64,000 nucleotides of DNA from IMG/VR virus record IMGVR_UViG_3300012983_000034, positions 1 to 64,000 of that record; one strand, 5' to 3'. This document shows, in pieces, positions 32,001-43,500 of this stretch. Below the pieces are notes generated by a model that saw only the letters and a list, made by a program, of their open reading frames with translations, did no database searches and was not told the DNA's origin. The translations under genes and the position numbers were made by a program. Within the stretch, counting starts at the first letter, position 1; each line of letters starts with the position of its first letter. This DNA comes from a virus (lineage: Duplodnaviria; Caudoviricetes).

Positions 32001-32367
32001 AGCTAGTGTAGCTACTTCTGGGTCGTATGATGATTTGATGGACGCTCCAACAAAGCTAAGTGATTTTGAAAACGATGGAGTGTTTATTACTAAAGATGTT
32101 AATGATTTGACCAATTATTATAAAAAGACCGAAACTTATAAGAAAACAGAAACTGATGATTTATTAAAATCAAAAGCTGATATAAGTAGTTTGACGAATT
32201 ATTATAAGAAAACAGAAATTGATGATTTATTAAAATCAAAAGCTGATACAAGTAGTTTGTCCGCCGTTGCAACATCTGGCTCTTATAATGATTTGGTTGA
32301 TATAGACGAATTCAAAAAATGGATTTCGGAACAAATACAGTTGGCAATAAACCAACAAAACAATTAA
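29068..32367 (+). CDS. Tail-associated/baseplate hub protein (Tal-like) with zinc ribbon and C-terminal fibre repeats
   Basis: Follows Dit; FKVGNWIRV; CNDCG...CPKC; VATSGSYxDL and YYKKTEIDDLL repeats. Confidence 0.7.
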   Translation: MAIDIKFDLTNNPESPTIVLANRNGNMLGQLDVDVNSIDMSDKFNDASEFSFALYKYVNDKLTNLWDKVLDFKLVYCKEWDEWFEIKVELDEATETVKTVFCTQLEKSELSQLNLYNIEINTEADIERDDYKICILYDKDDADASILNRLLKDKAPHYSIAHVDSTIAKIQRSFSFDGTSIDDAFQEIAEEIGCVFIYHSYLEEDKILRRTISVYDLQQTCNDCGYRGEFTDVCPKCNSANVTNGYGEDTLIFVTSDELASGGIELVTDTDAVKNCFKLEAGDDLMTATVRNCNPNGTDYIWYFSDSMKEDMSDELVKKLESYDELYKNHYNNSEYDVDANLLNSFNTLVDKYSAFNKDLQKITTPIVGYPSLMNAYYNTIDLALYLKSGLMPSVEMSDTTAEEQASLLTSPPLSPIAVADITVASLATMNSAVLAMAKIIVKSTYKVQVKESETYDDGNKKYWKGNFVVANYSDEEDIAISDIITVEVNDDLETSIKQQIEKALNKEDTDDLSITGLFERGYDEFCLELKKYALNPLISFRDACQSCINILIEQGVGSDNTWSNDKEGSEGNLYENLYVPYYNKLIAIESEMKTREDEISIITGTYDLDGNLTVNGLKTDIEKCQVEIKNTLDFEKYLGKKLWIEFCAYRRDDTYSNENYISDGLNNAELFKKALEFFEVAENEIYKSAELQHSISTTLNNLLAIPKFKELVKYFKVGNWIRVQVDEKIFKLRLLKYDISYSDFDNISVDFSDITKIKNGVTDVQDIISQASSMASSYSSVQKQAKQGERSNAVLNNWVENGLNTTQAEIVDSVDKNLLFGKNGFWCRQYDPVTETYGDEQIKIINSTIAITDDNWKTTKTAIGKFYYVDPVTGELKTAYGVNGETIVGKFILGENMSMQNESGGMKFDGDGLSVTNGKNTVKISPNTKEVISISNGDESVFNVNEDGELSINGNIIARSLKLENGVTIDSGVITNLASVATSGSYDDLMDAPTKLSDFENDGVFITKDVNDLTNYYKKTETYKKTETDDLLKSKADISSLTNYYKKTEIDDLLKSKADTSSLSAVATSGSYNDLVDIDEFKKWISEQIQLAINQQNN

Positions 32368-32417
32368 CAATATAAACAATATAGATAAATTAAAGTAAAA
32401 TATAGGAGGTAACATCT

Positions 32418-34088
32418 ATGGCAAACTTTAAATTAGCATTAAGTGCTGGTCACGGCTTAAAAACGGCTGGAAAAAGATGCTTGAAAGCACTTGACCCAAA
32501 CGAAACTCGTGAGTGGACTCTTAATAATAGAATTGCCGACAAAATTGAGTCTTTGTTGGCTGCTTATAACGGAATTGATATACTTCGTGTTGATGATACA
32601 ACTGGCGCTATTGACGTTGCTTTGGCAACACGAACTGCAAATGCAAATAAATTTGGAGCAGATTTTTATTTGTCTATACATCATAACGCAGGTGCTGGTG
32701 GCAGCTCTAGTGGCGGTATTGTAGCATACGTATATACCAAGCCAAGCTCTGCCTCTATAGATTGGCAAAATAAACTATATAATGAATTGATTGCTCAGAC
32801 GGCTTTAAGAGGCAATCGTTCAGATGGAACGATGAGTGCGAATTTTCACGAAGTTCGTGAAACTAATATGCCAGCCGTGCTGTTAGAGCTTGGGTTCATG
32901 GATTCAAAAGTAGATGTTCCAATTATTCTTTCTAATGATTTTGCAAATAAGTGTGCGCAAGCTTGTGTTAATGTAATTGTTAAAAAGGCTGGTCTTCAAA
33001 AAAAGCAGACAGCACAGAGTACGACTGCGACCACAATTACAAAGGGCAAAGAGTATAAAGTAGTTGGGGTTATAAATAGATACGCTAGTGCATCTGATGC
33101 TAAAGAAAAAATAAATGCTAAGGGTACCTATGAAATAGGTACTTATTATATTTATAACAAATATCCAGATGGATTGAATGGTATGTATAATATTAGCAAA
33201 GATGCTACTGGTGCGTCAGCAGGTTCTTGGATAAATCCAAGTGAAAATGTTGTTGCTCAGACTCAAATTAAAAATAAGGAAGTTTATGATTTAGACTATC
33301 CAATTAAAACAAAAATTATCGACAAGAGCGTATCACGAACCAATTCTGATTGCGTAAAAGCAATTAAATATATACTGGCAAATAATAGTGATTTTGATAT
33401 TTCAATTGCAAAATCGTTTTTTGAACTTTCAAAGAAGTATGGCATTGACCCAGTAATGGCAATATCACAATCTATTTTAGAGACTGGATGGTTTAAGTAT
33501 ATTGGTTCAGCGGTTAAGCCAGAACATCATAATTATTGTGGCTTAGGTGTAACTTCTAACGGTATAACTGGTGGTATTTTTGATTCAATTGAAGACGGTG
33601 TTACCGCACAACTTCAACATTTGTTTGCTTATGGTTGTAAAGACGCACTCCCTTCTGGCGAAAGTTTGTTAGACCCAAGGTTTAAGTATGTTACAAGAGG
33701 AATTGCACCGTATTGGCAGCAGTTAGCAGGTAGATGGGCGGTGCCAGGTTATGATAAAAATACCTATGCGACACCCGAAGAAGCTATGAAGGTTGAAAAT
33801 ACTTATGGTCAAAAGATACTTAATATTGCAAATAAACTTCTTACAACAATGGTAACGAATGCGGATATTGAAAAATATTTTAAGGTTGATGCTGGTAAGT
33901 TGGAACAACCAGAAGATGAACCTGAAGTTCCTGTGTCTCCTACTCAACCAGAAGAAAATAAAAAACCAGAAGATTATGCCGATGATGAAACTAAAAAGAA
34001 TATAAGTTTTGTATTCGATTTCTTGTCAAAACTTATCAAATCTTTGATTTCATTTTTCAAGAATTTTGGAGGCAACAATGATGAATAA
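32418..34088 (+). CDS. Endolysin: Amidase_3 + cell-wall-binding domain + glucosaminidase (GH73-like)
   Basis: SAGHG..E..SIHHNA..LLELGFMD; YGIDPVMAISQSILETGW..HNYCGLG. Confidence 0.88.
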   Translation: MANFKLALSAGHGLKTAGKRCLKALDPNETREWTLNNRIADKIESLLAAYNGIDILRVDDTTGAIDVALATRTANANKFGADFYLSIHHNAGAGGSSSGGIVAYVYTKPSSASIDWQNKLYNELIAQTALRGNRSDGTMSANFHEVRETNMPAVLLELGFMDSKVDVPIILSNDFANKCAQACVNVIVKKAGLQKKQTAQSTTATTITKGKEYKVVGVINRYASASDAKEKINAKGTYEIGTYYIYNKYPDGLNGMYNISKDATGASAGSWINPSENVVAQTQIKNKEVYDLDYPIKTKIIDKSVSRTNSDCVKAIKYILANNSDFDISIAKSFFELSKKYGIDPVMAISQSILETGWFKYIGSAVKPEHHNYCGLGVTSNGITGGIFDSIEDGVTAQLQHLFAYGCKDALPSGESLLDPRFKYVTRGIAPYWQQLAGRWAVPGYDKNTYATPEEAMKVENTYGQKILNIANKLLTTMVTNADIEKYFKVDAGKLEQPEDEPEVPVSPTQPEENKKPEDYADDETKKNISFVFDFLSKLIKSLISFFKNFGGNNDE

Positions 34089-34359
34089 GAATAATAAGCC
34101 TAAGAAAAAGGTATCAAACATTATGCTTGTACTTATTTGTGCAATGATTATCATTTATACCGCCGCTGATTTTGCTCTTCAATACTTTGCAGGTATTGAA
34201 GTTAGCCCAACGCTTACAACTGCTTGGTTTGCATTTTGGGGAACTGAAATAGTTGCCTTGGCAGCAATTAAAACAACTAAGGTTAAGCATGAATATGATA
34301 CAAAATCAAAATGCGAAGATGCATCTGATTTAAATCAAATGGGAAACGGAGATATCTAA
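34078..34359 (+). CDS. Holin-like two-TM protein
   Basis: Two hydrophobic segments; overlaps the lysin stop. Confidence 0.6.
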   Translation: MMNKNNKPKKKVSNIMLVLICAMIIIYTAADFALQYFAGIEVSPTLTTAWFAFWGTEIVALAAIKTTKVKHEYDTKSKCEDASDLNQMGNGDI

Positions 34360-34360
34360 G

Positions 34361-34753
34361 ATGGATTGGGCAATATTTACAGAACAAGTTTTTAAGCTTG
34401 TGTTATTTCCAGTTATATCGGTTTGCGGCATTTATTTAATTTATTTTTTAAATACAAAAATTAACGAACTTAAAAAGAAAACAGATAGTGATTTGGCAGA
34501 TAAATATTTAGATATGTTAAATGATACTATTACGAGTGCGGTTTTGGCAACTACACAAACATATGTAGAGTCATTAAAACAACAAAATAAGTTTGATGCA
34601 GACGCACAAAAAATTGCTTTTCAGCAAACATATGATGCCGTTATGAAGGTGTTGACTGATGAAGCGAAAAAATATATCGTTTCTTCTGTTGGCGATTTAG
34701 AAATATATGTAACTAATAGGATTGAATCTGAAGTTGCATTAAATAAAATATAA
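34361..34753 (+). CDS. Holin (LL-H-like)
   Basis: N-terminal TM; AVLATTQTYVESLK...IESEV. Confidence 0.7.
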   Translation: MDWAIFTEQVFKLVLFPVISVCGIYLIYFLNTKINELKKKTDSDLADKYLDMLNDTITSAVLATTQTYVESLKQQNKFDADAQKIAFQQTYDAVMKVLTDEAKKYIVSSVGDLEIYVTNRIESEVALNKI

Positions 34754-34770
34754 TACAATTTATAAATATA

Positions 34771-34801
34771 ACTAGAGGTGGTAAGTAAAACCACCTCTAG
34801 T
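34771..34801. terminator. Hairpin/terminator
   Basis: ACTAGAGGTGGT...ACCACCTCTAGT. Confidence 0.55.
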
Positions 34802-34872
34802 AATAAGACATCTCTATTCCAAGAGTGTCGTTTTTAAAGAAAATTTTATGAAAGGATGGTCGTGGATGTGAG

Positions 34873-35523
34873 ATGGCAGAGTTAAATCAATTAGGACAAA
34901 TAAATTGGTGGTATGTATTTATTGCTTTAATTCTTGCACTTGTTTGTGTTAAATTTGTTTGGTCTTTAGGAGAATGGTTTGTTAATAAGCTTGGAATCGA
35001 AACCAAAAAGACAAGACAAAGAAGATTAGAGCAAGAAGAATTAAAGGCTACTACCGAATTAGCAAAAACAACTGCTCAAAATTTGGATAGACTTGAAAAA
35101 AGACATACAAAAGACGAACAGGATTTTAGAAATAATTTAAATAATTATATGGAAGAAAGTCGTAGAGACCGTAAGGCTATACACGATGAAATGACAAGAT
35201 ACAGTGATAATAGAGCTAATGACAGAAAGCAAAGTCTTGAAATTCAAAAGGAATTAAAAGAGTCTATTTCTGCTAGAGATGAGCAAGTAGGTTCTTTAAT
35301 CGTTGCTCAAAAAGAAATATTGGCAGAAAAGATTAATGAGAAATATAAGAACTATATTAGTATTGGTGGAATACCAGAAGACGAATATGACGAGTTTGTG
35401 TCATTACACGCAGCATATAATGGTGTTGGTGGAAATCATCACGGAGATGCCAAGTTTCAGTATTGTATAGAACATCTTCCTATAATTCCTGTAAAAACGA
35501 AGTTGGTCTATAAAGATGAATAA
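34873..35523 (+). CDS. Membrane-anchored coiled-coil protein (lysis-associated?)
   Basis: N-terminal TM, coiled coil, YNGVGGNH motif. Confidence 0.6.
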   Translation: MAELNQLGQINWWYVFIALILALVCVKFVWSLGEWFVNKLGIETKKTRQRRLEQEELKATTELAKTTAQNLDRLEKRHTKDEQDFRNNLNNYMEESRRDRKAIHDEMTRYSDNRANDRKQSLEIQKELKESISARDEQVGSLIVAQKEILAEKINEKYKNYISIGGIPEDEYDEFVSLHAAYNGVGGNHHGDAKFQYCIEHLPIIPVKTKLVYKDE

Positions 35524-35540
35524 TAAAGGTGGTGAAGATT

Positions 35541-36824
35541 ATGTTACAAACCACTACAAATATAAATATTGATTTTTATGATAAAAAATACATATTAATC
35601 AATGCAAAACAATTTGATAAAAAATCAAGATTTTTATCTGTTACTTGTTATAATCACGGAGAACTTTATCCTCTTAATGAAGGCGAACATTCTGCATATA
35701 TAAGATATAGAAAAGCAGATAATAATAGTGTTTTTAATTTTTGTGAAATAGACCGTAAAGGAAAAATTATGGTTGAACTCACAGAACAAATGCTTTCCGC
35801 AGATGGTATTTGTTGTGCAGATTTGGTTATTGTAAATGAGGGCGGTGCCAAAGTAGACACTCAGACTGGTGAGATTATTGGGATAGAAAATGCATCTATT
35901 CTTTCTACTATGCCGCTTCATATAGATGTAACTGGAACCGCCGTTGCGAATTCAGACATTGAATCGTCATATGAATTTGATGGTCTCAACACAGCATTAG
36001 AAAAAGCAGAAGCTGAGTATGAAGAAGTGATGAAAACTTCTAAATCTTGGGCTGTTGGCAATACTGGTATTAGAGAAGGTGAAAACACTGATAATGCCAA
36101 GTATTATTCTAAGCAGTCTTCTAATAGTGCGAGTGCTGCTAATACAAGCGCCTTAAATGCAGCAGAGAGTGAGAGAATTGCTGGTGAACATAAAGACACG
36201 GCTATTGTACATTCTGGTAATGCATATACATATATGACTGATGCAAAAAACTCTATGGATAGTGCGAGTAAAAGTGAAGCAAACGCTGCTAATAGCGCAA
36301 GTGCTGCTGCTACGAGCGAAAGTAATGCTAAGGTTAGCGAAACTAATTCTAAGACTAGTGAGACTAAGGCGGCTACAAGTGAGGCTAACGCCAAGACCAG
36401 TGAGGCAAATGCATCTGCCAGTGAGCAAAATGCTAAAACGAGTGAGAATAATGCGTTAAATAGTGCCAATAAAGCTCAGTCTTATGCTGTTGGCGGCACT
36501 GGTACGAGAGGCAATGAGGATTACGATAATGCTCATTATTATTATGAATTAACAAAAAATATTGTTATTGGATTAGATACTGGTTTTATACCGATGGGTA
36601 CGATTGCATTTTCTGAATTGGCAAGCGTAGAAAAAGCTACTGGATATGTGTATAATATAAGTGACGATTTTGTAACAAATAATTCCTTTGCGGAAGGTGA
36701 AGGTAAGAGTTACACCGCAGGAACCAATGTGTATGTGCGTTCAGATGGTATGTTTGATTGCTTTGGCGGAGCCGCCTCCCCTACTGCTACAGTTGATGAA
36801 GTAAAAGATTATTTAGGTATTTAA
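35541..36824 (+). CDS. BppU-like baseplate/fibre protein with Ala/Ser-rich repeats
   Basis: INAKQFDKKSRFL N-terminal domain; SWAVG.TG.R.GE..DNAKYY motif; AATSEANAK repeats. Confidence 0.7.
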   Translation: MLQTTTNINIDFYDKKYILINAKQFDKKSRFLSVTCYNHGELYPLNEGEHSAYIRYRKADNNSVFNFCEIDRKGKIMVELTEQMLSADGICCADLVIVNEGGAKVDTQTGEIIGIENASILSTMPLHIDVTGTAVANSDIESSYEFDGLNTALEKAEAEYEEVMKTSKSWAVGNTGIREGENTDNAKYYSKQSSNSASAANTSALNAAESERIAGEHKDTAIVHSGNAYTYMTDAKNSMDSASKSEANAANSASAAATSESNAKVSETNSKTSETKAATSEANAKTSEANASASEQNAKTSENNALNSANKAQSYAVGGTGTRGNEDYDNAHYYYELTKNIVIGLDTGFIPMGTIAFSELASVEKATGYVYNISDDFVTNNSFAEGEGKSYTAGTNVYVRSDGMFDCFGGAASPTATVDEVKDYLGI

Positions 36825-36839
36825 AAGGTGGTGATATAA

Positions 36840-37541
36840 ATGGCTTATACAATTTTAGTTTGCGATGACAACAGTCTCTATGGTTCACAAAAAAGCAAAA
36901 TAATGCAAAAAGAGAAATTGGTGAATAAACTGTGTTTTTTGGTTGCACCACATTATAATGGACATGATATGTCGCAATTCACAGTTACTATGAGATATGT
37001 GCTTCCAATTAGCAAAGAATTTATAACAGAAACACTTGTGTTGGCTGATGATAAATATGAAGAATATTTGAAGTATGTGTTACCTGTTGACACCAACCTT
37101 TCGAAAGAATGGGGAGATGTTGAGCTTAATCTTACATTTACTAAGGTTGACACAGATAATGACGGAAACATCATACAGCGTGTAAGAAAGACTGACAATT
37201 ATATTTTGAAAATTACAGAACTTCCAGATTGGGATAAATTCGTCCCAGATTCCGCTTTGTCAGCATTAGACCAGCGCATTTTAAAACAAGACGCTCAGAT
37301 TATGGCGTTGGCTAATTTGGCTGATGCACTTGATGGAAACGTTAATATTGTAGATAATTTGGTGTATGATGATGTCGGCTCAACTCTTCAGCTCTCAGCA
37401 AATGGTGTTGCGGTTGGTGATAAAGTTTCTGTTAAGGATATGTTGGACGATGGAAGCCCAGTGGTAGACCTTAATTCTAAACCCGAAGATAAACCGAACA
37501 CAGACAACGACTCCACTGAAAGCAATGTTGTGGAATTTTAA
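36840..37541 (+). CDS. Baseplate/adsorption-associated protein
   Basis: BppU-like beta domain; ends NVVEF. Confidence 0.55.
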   Translation: MAYTILVCDDNSLYGSQKSKIMQKEKLVNKLCFLVAPHYNGHDMSQFTVTMRYVLPISKEFITETLVLADDKYEEYLKYVLPVDTNLSKEWGDVELNLTFTKVDTDNDGNIIQRVRKTDNYILKITELPDWDKFVPDSALSALDQRILKQDAQIMALANLADALDGNVNIVDNLVYDDVGSTLQLSANGVAVGDKVSVKDMLDDGSPVVDLNSKPEDKPNTDNDSTESNVVEF

Positions 37542-37595
37542 ATAAAAACAATTTAGAGGATGATTAACTTGTCCTCTGGAAAGGAGGAAATAACA

Positions 37596-40500
37596 ATGAG
37601 TTTATCATTTGAAGATTCTCTTAAACAAAATATTAAAAATAATAATGAGAATAATATAGCAATTGATAATATATCTGCCGAAGATGTTAGTGTTGCTATG
37701 CCAGACATTATGACGCTTGATGAAACACATATGGTTGCCGCCTATTCAGGTGACGACGGCAATTGGCAACAACATCCTGATTATGTTCGTTATTCAAGTT
37801 TTTCTGATGATAATATCTCTACTATTAATGATACAAAAGATATTGTTTTAAATAGAAAACAGTTTAATATAACACAAGAAGAAAACTCTCAATATATACC
37901 GTTTGAAATGCCGAGATATTATGATGGTTTTGATTTGGCTAGAACCACTATATCTATCCACTATCAAACAAAAAGCGGCAGACACGGAGCTTCCAAGCCT
38001 GTAAATGTAACTTTTAACGATGAGAAAATCAGATTTGGTTGGCTTGTTGACGCTGGTGCAACTCTTGATGTTGGAATGCTTGAATTTGAAATACACGCCT
38101 ATGGCACTATTGCTGGCACCGATGGCGTTTCTAAGAGTTATACTTGGAAGACAAAGAGAAATAAAGATTTAAATGTTCTTGAATCATTGTGTGATTGTAA
38201 TGATGTTATCAACAACATAGATGACACTTGGATGCAAGAACTTATTACTGATGTGGCTGAAAAGGTAGCAGACGAGATTAAGAATGTTGCAGTTGGCGAA
38301 CAAGTTGAGGCTGCTGAAAACGCTGCTGCCGAAGCAGAAAAGTATGCTAAGGATGCTCAAAGTTCAGCAGAGACAGCGGCTTCTGTTGCAAACACAGCCG
38401 TAACTACTGCGCTTAAAGATTATGCTAAAACTGAATATGTAGATGAGGCTATTGCAAGCGTAGATGTTTCTGAGCAATTAAAGAATTATGTAAAAACATC
38501 TGATTTACAAGAGAATTATTATAATAAAACCGAGACTGAGCAAAGAGTTTCAACTGTTTTAGAAAATTATGCTACAAAAGATGATGTTGCTACCGCAATT
38601 ACTGAGGCTGACATTTCTGAAAAGTTAAATGATTATTACACAAAATCAGAAACTTATAGCAAAACAGAAGTTGATACCGCTCTTGGTAATGTAAAAGTTG
38701 ATTTAACTGGTTATGCTACTGAAACTTATGTTGATAATAAGGTCACTCCTCTCTCTTCTTCTATTGGAACAAATGCAGAAAATATATCTTCTTTAAGCAA
38801 GACTGTTGGCGAATTACAAGGAGAGGTTAACTCCATAGACAAATCACCTCGTCTTACTTACGACGTTGAATATAATGACGCAGAAAATCCTGATGTTGGT
38901 GAGAATGTATTTGTTTTCTATGAAATTGAGAATGAGGGAAAAGAGAATGAAGTAAAGGAAGCCAAAAAGAAGTTTACTATTGTTGGTGGTAGTGGTGGCG
39001 GTGCTACAAGCAGTTCATTAAAGATTGGATATGTAACTACCTCTCCTCTTGTTGTAACCATAAATGATACGGCAATTATTAAATATACATTCTCTGGCAC
39101 TGACTCTTCTGGCGATGCTGTTCCAGAAGGAAATGCGACTTGGAAAATTAACGGAAAAACAATTGCAACTAATATTGCTCTTAATGGCGAGAACTCTTTT
39201 GATGTAACAGAATATCTTTCTGTTGGTACTCAAAAGGTTAATCTTTCAATTGTTGATGAAGCTGGTAGTTTAGTAACAAAAACCTGGACTGTACAAAAAA
39301 TTGATGTAAGGCTTGAATCTACTTTTAATGACAAGCTGACTTATCCTATGGGAACTGTGTCTTTTGACTATACGCCATATGGCGCAGTTTCTAAAGATAT
39401 TCATTTTGTTCTTGATGGTAAGGAAATAGGCAAGATTACCACTGCTTCCTCTGGTATTCCAATGGGTTATGAGATTCCTGCTCAAACACACGGTTCTCAT
39501 TTATTGGAAGTTTATATGGATACAGAAATCAATGGCAATGCTATTGAGTCAAACCATATTGTTAAAGATATACTTTGGTACGACACAACAAGTGCAGTTC
39601 CTGTAATTGGTAGTACTTACCAAAGCTTTACCGCAAGACAATATGATGCTACCAATATTGAATATACAGTATACGACCCAACTACAGAAACGCCCACTGT
39701 TGAAATTGCCGTTGATGGCGTAGTAGTGTCTACTCCTACATTGGATAAGTCTACAAATGTATATTCGTTTAAGACAGATGTTGTTGGCGAACATATTATT
39801 ACAATTACTTGTGGTGAGACTGTTAAAACATTAAAAGCTAATATTACTAAGTTGGATATTGATATAGCTCCTGTTACCGCTGGATTGGCATTCGACTTCA
39901 ATCCCTCTGGAAAGTCGAATAATGATGTTGATAGAGTTTGGACTGATGGCACGGTTTCTATGTCTGTATCTGATAACTTTGACTGGATTAATGGTGGTTA
40001 TCAGTTTGATGAAAATGGCGACCAATATTTCTGTATTAAAGCTGGTACTTCTGCTGAAATTGATTATCAATTATTTGCAGATGACGCTAAGAAAAACGGA
40101 AAAGAAATGAAGTTGGTTTTCAAAACAACCAACGTTTCCAAACCTGATGCTACATTCTTATCTTGTATGGATAATACAACAGATACAGACCATATTGGTA
40201 TTCAAATGGATGTTCACGAAGCATTTATTTATGGTCAGGCTGGCAAATTAGACCTTTCTTATTCTGAAGAAGATATTATTGAGTTTGAGTTTAATATCTC
40301 TAAGAATACAGAGGCAATCCCAATGGTTATGGGATATGAGGACGGTGTATCTACTCGTCCTATGGTTTATGATGATTCACATAACTTCACACAAAATACA
40401 CCTAAAGTTATATCCTTGGGTTCTGAAGATTGTGATTTGCATATATATAGATTTAAAGTTTATAATACATCTCTTACCGATAGAGGTATTTTGAACAACT

Positions 40501-43500
40501 TTATTGCAGATGCTCGTAATGCAGAAGAAATGGTTTCTCGTTATGACCGTAATCAAATTTATGATGAGAACCAAAATCTCGACCCAGATGTTCTTGCAGA
40601 GAAATGTCCTTGGTTGAGAGTATATAAGATTTCTGCGCCTTATTTTACTAATAATAAGAGTGATAAGGTTCCGAACACTACAATTCAACAGATTTATAAG
40701 AATGGCGACCCCGTTTTAGATAACTGGACTTGCTATGATTGTTCTCACTCAGGACAAGGCACAAGTTCAAACAACTATGGAGCCGCTGGCAGAAACCTTG
40801 ACTTTATTATGAACAAGTCGCAAATTGAGGGCGTTAAACCCTACTTTAAGTTGGGTGATGGAACTGTAACAGATAAGATTACACTTACTCGCACCTCTGT
40901 TCCTGTGGCTTATTTAAATGCCAAGGTAAACATTGCATCGTCTAACAATATGACAAATGCAATGTTAGCTAATAGATATAATGAGTTTCAGCCTTATAAC
41001 AGACCCTTTGTTAGAACAGCAAGCTTGTCAGATGTATATTCTGATGAGGAAATTTCTGCAATGACAGAAGAAGAGCAGTCTGCGGCTTTGACGAAGCTTC
41101 AAGAAAAAGTGGATGCTGAAACTTCTTATATTAAGGACACAATGGAATTTCATAACTGCGTAATCTTTATCCAAGAAACAAATGAAGATGCGTCTACTCA
41201 TAGAGAATTTGCAGATAATGACTGGCATTTTTACGCAATCGGCAATATAGGCGACAGTAAAAAGTCCGACAAAACTCGTCTGACGGATATGGATGACAAA
41301 TATGAATGTTGTGTTGAAATTATGGATGTTGAGTTACCCCTTTCCGATTTCCCCGTTGATACAATGTATAATGCAATGGGATATAAAGAAGATGAGACTA
41401 CGCACGAAAAGAAATATATTTGGGCAAAGAATGAAAATCTTGGTATTCTCTATGAAAAGATTAATGGAGAGTATGTTCTTACCGAAGATACTGAAGTTGA
41501 TTTAAATAAGACATATTATGTTGATATTCTTGAACACGATGACTTTAGTGAAGACTTTACTTATGGTTGGCGTTATCTCTACGAAGGTGACGACGATGAA
41601 GAAAATGCTGAGGTATTCGACTATTGCAAACAAAAGTGGATTGAGCTTTATAGATTTATAACTACTTCTACTGATGAAGAGTTTAAAAATAGATTTGATG
41701 AGTATTTTGTAAAGGATACGGCTCTTTACTATTTCTTATTTGCTATGAGATATTGTCTCGTTGATAATCTTGCAAAGAATTCGTTTTGGCATTATAGCAA
41801 AACTGGTGAAATAGACGCACAAGGCAATCCTATTCGTAAATGGTCTCTGGACTGGCTTTACGATGTGGATACTGCCTGTGGTTTAAATAACTATGGCAAA
41901 CAAGTTTATCGTTATGGATTAGAAACAACAGACACCGATGAAAAGGGCGAAGAGATATTTAGAGAGTCTGACAGTACATTCTTCTGTCGTATAAGAGACC
42001 TCTTCCCTGCTGAACTCAAGACAATGTACAATACTCTTGAGTCTAAAAATGCTTGGCACGCAGAAAGTTTTATAAACAAAGCTGACGAATGGCAGAGTCA
42101 ATTCCCCGAAGAATTGTGGCGTGTTGATATTGAGCGTAAGTATATTCGCACCTACAATGGTTCATTTATTAATGGAGAAGGCGATGCTCAATTCCTTACC
42201 AATATGGCAAATGGCAAGATGAAATACCACCGTAGACAATGGGAACGCAGCCAAGAGAAATATATGGCTTCTAAATATCAAAGTTCTGTTGCTTCTGGTG
42301 ATAACTCTGTATTTAGATGTAGTGTGCCAAATGGTGATTTGGTCGTTAAACCTAATTATAGGTTAAAACTTACACCGTATGCGTATATGTACTTGAATGT
42401 TAAATATGGTACACAAAATCCCATTCAGTTAAGAGCGGAACCTAATAAGACATATGAGATACCTTTTGACGGTGATAAGGCTGATATTGTTGATGTATAC
42501 AGTTCTTCTCTTATTCAAGACTTTGGCGACTTATCATCTTGTTATGTAGCAACTGCTGATACAAGCAAAGCGTCTAAGGTTAAGAAATTGATTTTTGGTA
42601 ACGAAACCGAAGGTTATGACAATCCGAACTTTACAACTTTAACTACTGGTGCTAACTATTTGTTGGAAGAGTTAAATATTGAAAATGTTTCTGGATTAAC
42701 ACAGTCTTTGAATTTGACTGCGTTAAATAACTTAAAAGAGTTGTATGCACACGGCTCTAACATTGGCGGTGTTACTTTTGCCGATGGTGGTAAGATTGAA
42801 ATTGCTGAATTACCAGCAATTAACGCACTTACTATGAAGAATCTGATTTATCTCGCAACGCTCGATATTACTAATTTGAGAAAATTGACTACTCTTACGG
42901 TTGAAAATTGTAATACTGTTGATTTGTTGACTATGTTAAATCAGGCGACCAATGTTAATCGTGTGAGAATTATAGGCATTGATTGGAATCTTGCAGACAC
43001 TTCTCTCTTAGAGAGATTGTATGAAATGAAAGGTATTGACAAGAATGGCTATAACGCAGACCAATCTGTTCTGACTGGTACTGTAACCGTTCCTGTAATT
43101 GGACAATATGAATTGTATAAATACCAAGAGGCGTGGTCAGATTTAACTATTATTCCTACTACTGTTATTAAACAGTTTGCAGTTACATTCAAAAATGACG
43201 ACGGAGCTGTGTTAGATATCCAATATGTAGACCAATTTCAAAACGCTGTTGACCCTATTACCAGAGAAGAAAATCCAATTGCTACTCCAACAAAGAAGAG
43301 TACTATTAGTCACGATTATACTTATGCTGGTTGGGATAGTTCTCTTGTTAATATTATTGAAGATAGAACTATTACTGCAACATATACTGAGTCTTTAAGA
43401 AAGTATACTGCTCAGTATGTTTCAAAGGGAGTAATTTTTAAAACTGCTAACGGTTTGTATGGTGATAATATTGTCTGTGATGATATCCCTGTATATACAG

